A stretch of 64,000 bases of DNA from Guillardia theta CCMP2712. Taxonomy: Eukaryota; Protista; Cryptophyta. Below are positions 28,285-40,229 of this stretch, one piece after another. The position numbers and the translations under genes are program-made. The notes beneath the pieces are model-generated. The model saw only the letters and a list, made by a program, of their open reading frames with translations. It searched no databases and was not told the DNA's origin. Position 1 is the first letter of the stretch; every line of letters starts with the position of its first letter. The DNA is taken from NCBI RefSeq assembly GCF_000315625.1, contig NW_005434566.1, forward strand, positions 62,001 through 126,000, in the 5' to 3' direction.

Positions 28285-28800
28285 ACCGGACATAATACCG
28301 GACATCTGACCGGACATCATCCCGGCTGTTCAGTGAATACCGGACTGGACTCAGCATCCCGAGTCCCCGGCACTGCGGCGGCCTGCCCGGGCCCGGCTGG
28401 CCCGGGGGGCAGGCTGCGGCCCGGCCCGGCCCGGCCCGGCCCGGCCGTCACTGTTCAAGTTGTCTGCCCGCGGGGCCGGCCGCGGGGTCCAGCCGGTCGA
28501 GCCTCCGAGCGACGGTCGGACAGCGGCGCCGCGGTCGGGGCGGGCCGGGGCCTGCCCCGGCGGGCCCCCGGCGGCGCGGCACCGTGCCGGGCACGCCGCA
28601 AGTCCCGGGAGCCTCGGCGGGCCCGGAAGGAGCGACTCAGCGGCAGGCCGGGCCGGCCGTTGTGTCACGTCAGTGATCAGACAGCGTTCGACTCGGAATG
28701 GGGCCGCATGCCAGTCGGATCCGACGGACCGGCGAATTCTTTACTCAAAGTTAAGTGAAAGATCAGTACGAGCCAATTCAGTAGCCGGTCACTGCTGAGT
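28285..28800. promoter_or_regulatory. Palindrome-dense GC-rich island upstream of the PH-kinase gene
   Basis: Same word composition as 8060-8390; role inferred from position. Confidence 0.45.
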
Positions 28801-29008
28801 CACGGTATCTCAATCATTTTTACAGGTATGCCCTTAGGTGCATGAATCGATGCGGTTTCAAATCTCCAAGGGCCATATTTGAGTAAAGGTTAAGGCCCTT
28901 TGCAGCCTCTGATTTGAAAAGATCTAGTTTCGAATACAAAGGTTCCAGCCTGACTCCTTCACTCCTCCATTTCATCCCTCCTCTCCTCCTCCTCCTCTTC
29001 ATCTTCTG

Positions 29009-30894
29009 CCCACCGTCCTCCTGCCACGACGCTCCCTCCTCTAGCCTCCAATGTCCTCTCTCTCCCTCCCGCTCCCCCAGTGTGCGCCCTCCCTCCTTCC
29101 CGCCTCCACCGAGTCGTCCGCCCCCTCCCCAAGCAGCCGCATGTCGACCGGTCCCTCGCGCGCCAAGCAGCTCGCGTGCCTGCAGGCCTCCATCCGCCTG
29201 ATCCAGTCGGGGAGGCCGGTGGTGGGAGCGACGGGAGAGTGGGTGCAGCTCGGGGGCTCAGCTTGCAGCCCGGCCATGCTCATCGACTAAGACAGCAGCC
29301 GCACGGGCGCTGAAGCCTCAGCTTGGAAGCGAGGAGAGAGGTGGAGGGGTGTAGAGTAAGGACCTGTTGTAGACTATGTAGAATAAAGACACGATCTCAA
29401 GCGTATCTGCGTGCTCGGGGCCTTCGGAGGCTCTCGCAGTCCGCCTTGGGGAGCCCACGTGTCGGGCGAGTCACAGGGGGGCGGCAGGAGAGGGGGATAG
29501 ACGGGGACACAGTACAGCAGGGCAGGGACAAGGGAATATCGGGGAGAGGAGGAGGGTACGGGGATGAGGAGGGGAGGATAGTAGGGCAGTCTGAGGGACA
29601 GGGCAGCCATCACTTGGGTATGGCCTTGCGGCTGCCCGGAGGGTCGTGAGCAAGGGAGTCAGGCAGAGAAGAGGGAGGGCGTGCAGACGCGTCAGCCATG
29701 AGGGCAGGGACCAGTGAGCCGGGGGATACAGCAGCAGCGGCGAGATGTCTAGGAGGATGGGGGCGCGAGGAGTCGGAGGCGAGGCGGACCAAGGCAGGGG
29801 GGAGGGAGAGTGTGTTTATTGAAGGCGTTGAGGTTGCGGGACTCGAGCCCGTCTGCGGGAGACGTCTGCCTGGGTAGAGCAGGACGCGCTCATGGAGGCT
29901 GGACGCCTCCAGCCCGGACGGCAGTCGAGCATCTCTCGCTCTCGGTCGGTCTTGTGTCCGCGGTCTTGTGTCCGCGGTTGCCGCGGAGCTCGGGCCGTGA
30001 CCTGGTCGTCGACGACGGCATGGCAGCAAGCTCAGAGCCTGAGGGTAAGCGGCAGGACGGGAGCCTCCCTCACCTCACTCAAGAGGCTCAGGTCGCTCGC
30101 CGGCCTATCCTTCTGCATCAGGTGGGGAGAGGAGGAGCGTCGGCTGGGGCCCCGACAGGCGGGGGAGGAGCGAGAGGCTGCAAGCTAGGGGCCGTGTGGT
30201 GTTTTGACCCCCAGCGTAACTGCAGAGTCTGATTACTACAGGCAGCAGCCTCCGTTCTGAAGCGGTGTACTTTTAGAGCCCCGAGGGCCATGCTTGAGTA
30301 AAAAAGCAGCCTCCGTTTCTGAAAAGCTCTTGTTTTGGGGCGCCATAGCTGCTCCCGGACTCAGCCTGTCCGCGAAAAGACGTCTATTCCAATGAACCTC
30401 ACCCTTACAGGCGCATTGGTATAACCCGTCAATATCTCCACGTCCACATCGTCCCCCTCCCACTATCCTCCCACCGTCCTCCTGCCACGACGCTCACTCC
30501 CCTAGCCTCCAATGTCCTCTCTCTCCCTCCCGCTCCCCCAGTGTGCGCCCTCCCTCCTTCCCGCCTCCACCGAGTCGTCCGCCCCCTCCCCAAGCAGCCG
30601 CATGTCGACCGACGGTCCCTCGCGCGCCAAGCAGCTCGCGTGCCTGCAGGCCTCCATCCGCCTGATCCAGTCGGGGAGGCCGGTGGTGGGAGCGACGGGA
30701 GAGTGGGTGCAGCTCGGGGGCTCAGCTTGCAGCCCGGCCATGCTCATCGACTAAGACAGCAGCCGCACGGGCGCTGAAGCCTCAGCTTGGAAGCGAGGAG
30801 AGAGGTGGAGGGGTGTAGAGTAAGGACCTGTTGTAGACTATGTAGAATAAAGACACGATCTCAAGCGTATCTGCGTGCTCGGGGCCTTCGGAGG
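29009..30894 (+). mobile_element. LTR-like pair of ~422-bp direct repeats (29009-29430, 30470-30894) around ~1040 bp; possible non-autonomous retroelement or segmental duplication
   Basis: Copies differ by a couple of substitutions and a 3-bp insertion, and both carry AATAAA near the 3' end. No RT/integrase, TG..CA termini or TSD recognised. Confidence 0.45.
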
Positions 30895-30899
30895 TTCTG

Positions 30900-32185
30900 C
30901 TTTGCCCAGCTTTTGTTGTAGGGAATATCGGGGAGAGGAGAGGGGACGATAAGGGACGTTCGAGCTTTGTTTGATCACACAGATGACCGACCATGCAATG
31001 CTGTCCGGACGGGAGAACAGCTACAAATCTACACGCGCTAGTGTTTGTCTTTACAGGACCACCTGCTGTGTTATGTGTTGAACTGGCGGATGGCCACACA
31101 GCACCGCGTTTCGAGTATTTTTCAAGTGAGTTGGAATTCACACCATTTATGCAAGATCTAAGCTTCAATGCCACAGCCACTCTACTTCATCAGGTGTAGA
31201 TGTGCACTTGACTCGCAGTTTGCGAACATAACTTGTCCATTTTAGCTGTCCACTTCGATTCGTCGAACTGCTACTAGCAGCTCCAATGTAAGAATGCATT
31301 TCGCTCCTTTTCGCTTCACTGTCCTGTCCGCTATTGCTGATCACCTTCCTTATGAATTGATGAAAACGCCACATGAAGAACTTCATAGTTGTCAATCGTT
31401 TATCTTGGCCCTCCTGTCTCAGATCGTTTCCTCTCATACGTTTCAGCGGTGGAATTCCTTTTAGATCGCCGTTCTAATCGCTCCAGGCTGCCTCTTTTGC
31501 TCCTGCCTCGTCCGATACTCGTGCATCTTGCGGATCAACCCTCTGACCTTGGTACTGCTCTGCCTTCAGCTGCTGCACTGAATGAACTGGCTCTTCCTGT
31601 ACTGATCCTGGCCGTTGAGATGCTTCCTCCTGCGGTTGTTGTACCTGCTGCGGTTGTTGTATTGGCTGTGGCTGCTGAAGCACGTGCAGGAGCTGCAGCA
31701 GTTGTAATTGTTGCTGAATTCTCTAACATCCGTTTCTGCATGTCCCACTCTTCCTGTTGCTCGTCATAAAGCTTTGTGGCAAATTCGAGCAGCAGCAGCA
31801 GCAGCAGCTGCTTTTTGTGTCTATCATTTTGTTGGTGAGAAGCTTCAAGCTGTTGTTGCAATAGGAAGGGACTTTCCTCATCCTTTCGCTGAGTTTGTTT
31901 CTGCATCTGCTGTTGATTGCATACCTCCATTTGATTTCTCAGCTTCTCTTGCAGAAGCTTGGTCTCTCCCTCTTTGTCTGCGTCTTGATCGTTCTCCTGC
32001 CTGGCATCCGTCTTTACCTTGGCGAATGCTGCAACGTTGCAGACTCGTCTAGTCTTGGTAGGACTCTCTGCAACATATTCCACAATCGATCCCGCTATTT
32101 GTGTTTCAGAGAGAGAAGGAACAACATTTGGGGTTTGCTGCTGTGCTGAAGCATTTGGTCGATTTGTTCCTTTTGGCCTCAGCAT
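30900..32185 (-). pseudogene. Degenerate, frameshifted intron-less coding-like region (Q/E-rich coiled coil then Cys/His-rich end), possibly gag-like
   Basis: Successive ORF pieces in different frames (31535-32296, 31474-31683, 31165-31437, 30782-31180) without clear splice sites; abuts the direct repeat. Confidence 0.3.
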
Positions 32186-32273
32186 GGCCGCAGCCGCTGG
32201 ATCGCAAGGTAGCCGTAAGAAACGCTTGTTCGGTTCACGATGCAAGGTTAGGAACAACGAATACCAACTGCAT

Positions 32274-32693
32274 CCATGTACTGTCTGCTCCAGCATGTTT
32301 CATGTACTGTCTGCTCCAGCATGTTTCATGTACTGTCTGCTCCAGCATGTTTCATGTACTGTCTGCTCGAGCATGTTTCATGTACTGTCTGCTCCAGCAT
32401 GTTTCATGTACTGTCTGCTCGAGCATGTTTCATGTACTGTCTGCTCCAGCATGTTTCATGTACTGTCTGCTCCAGCATGTTTCATGTACTGTCTGCTCCA
32501 GCATGTTTCATGTACTGTCTGCTCCAGCATGTTTCATGTACTGTCTGCTCGAGCATGTTTCATGTACTGTCTGCTCCAGCATGTTTCATGTACTGTCTGC
32601 TCCAGCATGTTTCATGTACTGTCTGCTCCAGCATGTTTCATGTACTGTCTGCTCCAGCATGTTTCATGTACTGTCTGCTCCAGCATGTTTCAT
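32274..32693. repeat. 26-bp minisatellite (CATGTACTGTCTGCTCCAGCATGTTT) ~16 copies
   Basis: Directly visible, with a C/G variant in some units and no unique spacers. Confidence 0.93.
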
Positions 32694-33207
32694 CGTCTGT
32701 GCTTGTGAGAGGTGTGATGGGGCCAAAAGAATCTCTCGTTGGTAGGGGGGGTGGGTCCTATAAGGTGCAACAGGGTGCAACATGCTGGTTTGTAGGGGGG
32801 GTGGGTCCTATAAGGTGCAACAGGGTGCAACATGCTGTTCCACAGCATGTTGCTGTTCACAGTGATGGTGATGCAAGGTGAGAGGAGGAGGAGGAGGAGG
32901 AGGAGGAGGAGGAGGAGGAGGAGGAGGAGGAGATAATGAGAAGAGTCTGCAACTGGTAGAGATGTGGTGGAGGCAAGAGGAGTAGGAGGAGCAGTAGGAT
33001 CATTGGGAGCAGGAGGTGCAGTGGAGGGAGCGAGAGCAAGAACATCGGTCAGGGCCAGGATGATGAAAATGAGGGGATGGCCAGACAAAGACGTGAAGCA
33101 AGAGGAGCAGAGGAGATAAAGCGAGCGTTAGGGTGCAAGTGCTAGGGAATGGTTCAGGGTCGGCAGAGGATTCATGATTGTAGACCCTGTAGCCTCTCAG
33201 TGAGATC

Positions 33208-34890
33208 ATGGTTGTTTTGATGGTTGTCGCTAAGACGATCAGTGCAGGCCTGGCATATCAGTTTGCTCCTCATCATGCTAGCGGCTCCGGGTACCTGAGC
33301 TCGTCGCTGAAGGCTCGTCCTGCCGTCTCCTGCTCTCCTCTTGGCCCTCGAGTTCAGAGGTCACGGGCGGCTCTTATCTTGCGTTCCCTAAAGGCATCAG
33401 CGCACAACGACAGGGTGGCGAGCTGGGAATTTCTTCATAGCAAGCTTCCGCTCTGCAAGCGACGCGCCAAAAAGGAGGAGGGGGAGCTTCAGTTTCATCG
33501 GGACGCCTCATGCGCCTCCTTGCAGGCAAGAAGCGTCTGGTTGGCGCTGATGGAGAAGGGGATAGCGTATCGGGAAGTGCTTGAAGGAGCAGAGCAGCAA
33601 GTTCCTTCGCTCGTCTTGGCATCGTCAAGAGCGACGGGCATGAAGGAATGCTTCGCTCTCCTCGAAGAACAGTTTCCTGACGTTCCTCTGCTGCCTCCCT
33701 CGGACCAGCAGCGCGCTCGCGTCCTCGCAATGGTGGATGCGGCAGAGAAGGTGATGGGTGAAGCAAGCTTCGCAAGAGGCTTCTGGAGAAGCGACCAGCA
33801 GCTCAAGTCTGCCTACAGCTCAGCATGCGACGTGCTGACAACCTGCGAGGGTCTGCTGGAGCAGGAGGGAGGAGACTTGTTCGGGGCCGATGTCTTCACT
33901 CTCGCAGACGCGGCGTTCGCCCCCGTCCTTGAGGTCAGCGTCTTTGTGGAAGACCTCGTCCTCTTCCTTGGAGGAAAGACATCGAGCACCTTTCCTCGGG
34001 TTCGCGCATGGAAGAAGGCAATGGAGGAGAGGGTGTCGAGCTACGCCAGCCGCACGGGGAGCGACCTCGTATCGTTGATACTCGAGAGCAGCGAGCACGA
34101 CGACGAGGAGACGAAGGCGATGCTGCAGAAGCTGCTGCTGCGCGACAGCTGGAAGGAGGTGATGAGCAGCAGGGAGAAACCAGTGTGGGTCTCCTTCACT
34201 CGACGCTACCCTTCGTTCGCAAAGAGCCCGCAGGTCGAGGCAGCAGCGGTTCTGATCGAGCAGCGAGCAGCACTGAGGAGGAGGATACATGAGAGCGTGC
34301 CTGAGGTCGTGGGGGGCAAGACAAGGATGAGGCAGGGGGGCGAGAGCGAGGAGGGAGACATGCCGTCTCTTGTTCTTCGCCTCCTCTCTTCCAGCATCCT
34401 CGACGCTCCTGACTATCAGACTGCTCCTACCTTCGCAAACATGTACCTCAGCACAGTCATGCAAGGTCGCACCCGTCTCACTTTCCCAGCACCTGAACAA
34501 CTCAACCACCACCACCACCACCACCACCAACACCTCCTCCTCCTCCTCTTCCTCCTCCTCCTCCTCCTCCTCCTCCTTCTGCCCTTGTTCTGACCATCTT
34601 TACCTAGAGTTGTCGGAGGATGAGATCACTGAGCTTATCGAGGTGTTGACGTCTCCCTCTCTTTTGCCCTGTTATCCTCTCGTCCTCCTCCTCCTCCTTC
34701 TCCTTGCCCCCTTCCTCCTTCTCTCCTTCTTCCTTCTTCTCTCCTCGCTCCTCATTGACTTATTTCCCTTCAGATCCTCGATTTTCTCCGTTGCTCCATC
34801 GCTGCTCCACGAGATATGGGCTTCCTCCCAGTCCGCGCTCTTCGAGGTGAGGATGATGGAGATGATGGAGATGATGATGATGATGATGGA

Positions 34891-34927
<37 letters not shown>

Positions 34928-35144
34928 ATGATGATGGTGGTGGTGGTGGTGATGATGATGATGGAGAAGAAGATGATGATGATGATGGAGATGGAAATGA
35001 TGGAGATGATGATGATGACGACGACGATGATACTGATGAAGATGAGACTCGTTTGCTGATGCTGAGGCAGCGTACGTGGCATGGCTGATGAGCGAGGCGA
35101 GGAAGGAGAAGCGGGGGAGGAAGGAGACGGCAGCGCTACCGTGA
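33208..35144 (+). CDS. Probably plastid-targeted glutathione S-transferase-like protein (cyanobacterial/algal extended type), active site degenerate
   Basis: HRDASCASLQARSVWLALMEKGIAY, QVPSL, LEEQFP, FTLADAAFAP, FPRVRAW and C-terminal APRDMGFLPVRALR. Hydrophobic then S/R-rich N-terminus. Confidence 0.72.
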
Positions 35145-36046
35145 GGGAATAAAAGAATATTCACTGAGCCTGCTAGTGTACATCAGCTGAGGTTGATGCG
35201 GTAGTGAGNNNNNNNNNNNNNNNNNNNNNNNNNNNNNNNNNNNNNNNNNNNNNNNNNNNNNNNNNNNNNNNNNNNNNNNNNNNNNNNNNNNNNNNNNNNN
35301 NNNNNNNNNNNNNNNNNNNNNNNNNNNNNNNNNNNNNNNNNNNNNNNNNNNNNNNNNNNNNNNNNNNNNNNNNNNNNNNNNNNNNNNNNNNNNNNNNNNN
35401 NNNNNNNNNNNNNNNNNNNNNNNNNNNNNNNNNNNNNNNNNNNNNNNNNNNNNNNNNNNNNNNNNNNNNNNNNNNNNNNNNNNNNNNNNNNNNNNNNNNN
35501 NNNNNNNNNNNNNNNNNNNNNNNNNNNNNNNNNNNNNNNNNNNNNNNNNNNNNNNNNNNNNNNNNNNNNNNNNNNNNNNNNNNNNNNNNNNNNNNNNNNN
35601 NNNNNNNNNNNNNNNNNNNNNNNNNNNNNNNNNNNNNNNNNNNNNNNNNNNNNNNNNNNNNNNNNNNNNNNNNNNNNNNNNNNNNNNNNNNNNNNNNNNN
35701 NNNNNNNNNNNNNNNNNNNNNNNNNNNNNNNNNNNNNNNNNNNNNNNNNNNNNNNNNNNNNNNNNNNNNNNNNNNNNNNNNNNNNNNNNNNNNNNNNNNN
35801 NNNNNNNNNNNNNNNNNNNNNNNNNNNNNNNNNNNNNNNNNNNNNNNNNNNNNNNNNNNNNNNNNNNNNNNNNNNNNNNNNNNNNNNNNNNNNNNNNNNN
35901 NNNNNNNNNNNNNNNNNNNNNNNNNNNNNNNNNNNNNNNNNNNNNNNNNNNNNNNNNNNNNNNNNNNNNNNNNNNNNNNNNNNNNNNNNNNNNNNNNNNN
36001 NNNNNNNNNNNNNNNNNNNNNNNNNNNNNNNNNNNNNNNNNNNNNC

Positions 36047-37371
36047 GTCTCCGTCCCTCCCCTCCCCTCCCCTCCCCTCCCCCTCTCTTCACCTTCAGTT
36101 GTCGATAGGCTTCTTTAAGGGAGAGCTAGGTAACAGTCACTGGCAGTCGGTGTAGAGCTGAGGGAAACAGTGGAGGAGAAGGGAAAGAAAAGGAGGAGGA
36201 GGAGGAGGAGGAGGAGGAGGAGGAGGAGGAGGAGGAGGAAACCTTATAGGATCGCATGAGGAAGTAGATGACAACAGTAGAAGATCGTGAAACTCCCGCG
36301 CTGCAGTGCGTGAAGACCTTCCCGCCTCCCTGAGGTTAAGTGAGGAGAGCAGAGGAGGAGAGAAGAGGAGGAGAGAAGAGGAGGAGAGAAGAGGAGGATA
36401 GGGGGAGAGAAGACGGAGACAGGAGCGAAGAGCGTTCAGGGGAGGACTGAAGGGAAGAGGAGGAGGAAGGAGTGAACGGGAGCGGCAGGATGTGAGGAGG
36501 TGGAGAATCTTGGCTACCTGGATTGCATTGTTGATGAAAGAGTAGCACTCGTTGAAGTGTTTGTCTAACTTCGCCTGCGATATCATGAGCAACAGCTCTC
36601 TCAATCACCACAACTTCCTCCTCCTCCTCCTCCCCTTTCTTCCTTCCTGCTCCTCCTACCTCCCTCCCTCCCTCCCTCCGTGCTCCTCCTCCTCCTGCTC
36701 CTCTCCCACAAGCTTCTCTGCATTCTCCTCACGACAAGTCGATATCACCTTGCTATCGTCGTCGACAGCAATTCTCTTGTAGACGAAACGATCAGGAAAG
36801 AAATTTTTCTGAGATCAACAGACATCAAAGAAACATCTCTGTCCTCCTCCCCCTCCCCTCCTGCTCTTCCTGCTTCTCCTCTTCCTCCCTTCGTCGCTCT
36901 CCCACTCACTTCGTTGGGTGTGACGTTAAGAATGTGCGTAACTCCGGCCTACAGAGGTCATGTCAAGGCTTTTCTCCCCCCCACCCCCACCCCTCCCCTC
37001 CTTTCCTCCTCCTTGAACACGCACGCACGCACACACCCTCCTCCTCCGCTCTCACCACCACCACCACCACCTCCTCCTCCTCCTCTCTTATCACCACCAC
37101 CTCCTCCTCCTCCTCCTCTCTTATCACCACCACCTCCTTCAACGCATGCATTCTCCCTCTCCCCCCCCCTTCTCATGCCTCCTGTCTCGACTTACTTCCT
37201 CCAGCACTCCGTCCCGGCATGCGATGACAACTCCCCCGATGTAGAGACCCTCGCAAGCCTTGGAAAGCGTCAGGGCGGGAAGGAAGAGGGAGGCAGGTCA
37301 GAGGGCAAGTGGACGATGATACTGCAAGGGTGAGTAGAAGCAGGAAGAATGATGATGATGATAATGATGGA

Positions 37372-37403
<32 letters not shown>

Positions 37404-37527
37404 GGAGGAGGAGGAGGAGAAGGTGGTGGTGGAGGGCGTCGAATCAAAGAAAGGAAGAGGCTGAGCATGCCGCATTACCAGCTGAAAACCACTCCAGACT
37501 TGTTCCTTCATCTTTCTCTGCTAGCAT
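36047..37527 (-). CDS. Atypical dual-specificity protein phosphatase (3' end in gap, start tentative)
   Basis: GLYIGG, AGVTHILNVT, YKRIAVDD, HFNECYSFI, KVFTHCSAGVSRSSTVVIYFLM (HCxxGxSRS) and LSLKEAY. Confidence 0.9.
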
Positions 37528-37666
37528 GTCAGCACAAGACTCCTCCTCCTCCTCCTCCTCCTCCTCCTCCTCCTCCTCCTCCTCCTCCTCCTCCTCCACT
37601 ACCACCACCACCACCACTTCTCTCGTTCCGGTCGTTTTTTGTGTCCATCTGATCCTCGTGGTTCAG

Positions 37667-38484
37667 GCGCGCTCATGGGCAGGGCCGTTGGGTTCGCGCT
37701 CGAGGTCTTGAGTCAGCTGCTCCTGCTGCCTCAGCCTGACACGTCTCGCAGGCTCTTCATCGACATCTCGGCGACGTTGGAGTCTTCCAAGACTGCTCGC
37801 ATACATCAACGTGTGCTCTCCTCCCTCCCTCCCTCCCTCCCTCCCTCCCTCCCTCCCTCCCTCCCTCCCTCCCTCCCTCCCTCCCTCCCTCCCTCCCTCC
37901 CTTCCTCTTTTCCCCTCTTCTCTTCCTCGTCCCTCAATCCTTCAACTTGCCTCACTCGTTTCTATTCTTCTTCCTCATGATCTTCTCTTCAGGTGCGTCA
38001 ACCCTGCCATCTACTCGATCGTTGGTGCTGCTGCTGTGCTGGCTGGAGTGACTCGCATGACGGTGAGCCCCACGATCGCCTCCTCCTCCTCCTCCTCCTC
38101 CTCCTCCTCCTCCTCCTCCTCCTCCTCGTCCCCTCATCTCTCTTCTGTGTTCTTTCCTGGCGACTTCCTGACTTCACTTGCTCCTTGCCTGTACTCATTC
38201 CAGGTATCCCTGGTGGTCATTATGATTGAGGTATACAAGCAGCTGTTTCCTTCACCTTCAAATTCCTTCTCTTCCTCTTCCTCTTCCTCTTCCTCTTCCT
38301 CTTCCTCTTCCTCCTCCTCCTCCTCTTCTCCTTCCTCTGCCTCCCCTTCCCGTTCTTCTTGTTTCCTCTGCGCTTTCCTTTACCCTTTCTTTTTCCTGAT
38401 CTTTCCTCCTTGTTGTATTTAATTTGAGCCGCAGGTCACCAACGGGATGCAATACGTGCTTCCTGTAATGATAGGAATTATTAT
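37667..38484 (+). CDS. CLC chloride channel/H+ antiporter, internal fragment only
   Basis: GALMGRAVG / CVNPAIYSIVGAAAVLAGVTRMT / VSLVVIMIE / VTNGMQYVLPVMIGII are conserved C-terminal membrane helices of CLC. No upstream exons found. Confidence 0.8.
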
Positions 38485-38714
38485 NNNNNNNNNNNNNNNN
38501 NNNNNNNNNNNNNNNNNNNNNNNNNNNNNNNNNNNNNNNNNNNNNNNNNNNNNNNNNNNNNNNNNNNNNNNNNNNNNNNNNNNNCCTCCTCCTCCCTCCC
38601 TCCCTCCCTCCTCCCCCCCCCCCCCACCCCCACCCCTCCTCCTCCCTCTTCGTCCCTCCCTCACCCCATTCTCCTCCTCCCTTCCTCCCCTCTCCCTCCT
38701 CCCACGCACCCTGA

Positions 38715-39340
38715 CGGCAGGTGTCGGTTGGTCAGCCCGTTGTCAAGAGAGATGGAGCCGCCATGAGCCTGCTGAGGACGTCAGGCGACAGGAGCAGCTC
38801 TCGCCCTCCCAGCACGCTCACATGCCCCGCGTTCTCCTCCTCCTCCATCCTGTGCACGTGGTTGCCCCGCGCTCCCTGTAGTGCCGGGAGCATGGCGTAC
38901 GCGGTGATGTGCGTCAGCTTCGCGTCTCCCTGCTTGCCTCATCTCAGAGTCTCGAGAGCATCACAGCCAAGGCCCCACATGTCTTGTCTTGTCCGCGCTC
39001 GCTCGCACGTTCCATCGATCGCCCGCGAGGTAACGAGAGCCTTGGCAGCAGCAAGTGAGCAGCGAGGAAGGAGGGAGAGCAAGGGCACCTGCTACGGGCA
39101 GGACATCCGAGACAGACCGGGCGACGTGCCTCCCCTCGTCAAGGTTCGAGAAGAACTCATCGTACCTCGACTCTTTCGCCTGGACCAACCAACGTTCAAG
39201 GCAGTCAGCAGAACATCCGTCCTCACCTGCACTCCCTGCCCCTTGGAGCGCCAGCCCTGCTGCCTAGGATGAAACATCCTTCTCACCTCCAGGCACACAA
39301 CGCGAGCTTGAGATGCATCGGCACTGGCTGCATTGGTGGA
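38715..39340 (-). CDS. Hypothetical multi-exon gene
   Basis: GT-AG bounded exons (AKESRYDEFFSNLDEGRHVARSVSDVLPVA; GDAKLTHITAYAMLPALQGARGNH); no family recognised. Confidence 0.35.
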
Positions 39341-40229
39341 GGGTCAGAGGTTTCTACACGTCATGCATGCCCTCTCTGATCACTCCCATTCTTGTTATCC
39401 TTTCCCTCCTCTCTCGTTCCCTTTTCCCCTCCGTCCCTCCTGATTGTCTCAATTTCCTGCACTTGTTCACTTGCTTTCCCTCTTCCTTTCGTCTCATCTC
39501 CTCCCTTCCCTTTTCTTTTCTCTCCCTTTTCTTCTAATCCTCTTCCCGTACACTTTCCTTATCTGCTCGTCATTTGTTCTTTTCCCGTCTTAATTATTTC
39601 CTTCCCTGCTGCTGTGCTGTTCTGTTCTGTGCTGTGCTGTTCTGTGCTGTTCTGTGCTGTGCTGTTCTGTGCTGTGCTGTGCTGTTCTGTTCTGTGCTCT
39701 CCCCTCCTCTCCCCTCCCCTTCCCTTCGCTTGGTCTCTTTCATCATTTTCGGCCAATCAGCTTTTACTCGTTTACCACTACCCACCCACCATATGTCCTT
39801 ATTGTACCCTACCTCATCGGTCGAATATTCAACTTGTACCCCCATTTTGATAGTATAAAGTACCCGTACTTCATATACCTTACCCAATGTGTGTGATTTC
39901 CCACCCCTACTTTGAACAAAAACAAACCTTGAGCCCACCCACCCTACCTAAATGAGACCTTATTGGTACCCCACCCTACCTTTGTAACAACCTTTAATTG
40001 GATTTGAGATGTCTGGTAGGGTTCTTTTGTCACCACCCCACCCCTAGTGTGCAGAGGTCATTCTATGGCCTGATCCGAGATGGTACCGGCCCAATGGCGA
40101 AGGTGGGGAAGGAGGAGGAGGAGGAGGAGAAGGAAGACGAGGGCGAGGAGAGGGATGAAGGCAAGGAGGAAGGCAAGACAGAAGAGCAGCTAGTCATGGA
40201 GTCATTGGCTGTTAGCTCTAAACAGGATC

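Noticed and set aside
28273-28798. Arg/Gly/Pro/Ala-rich ORFs in the GC islands
   Set aside because: Stop-poor because of composition; open in several frames with no protein-like motif.
32274-32693. CRISPR-like array (also 14948-15145 and 42081-42201)
   Set aside because: Head-to-tail units without unique spacers, no cas genes, eukaryotic context.
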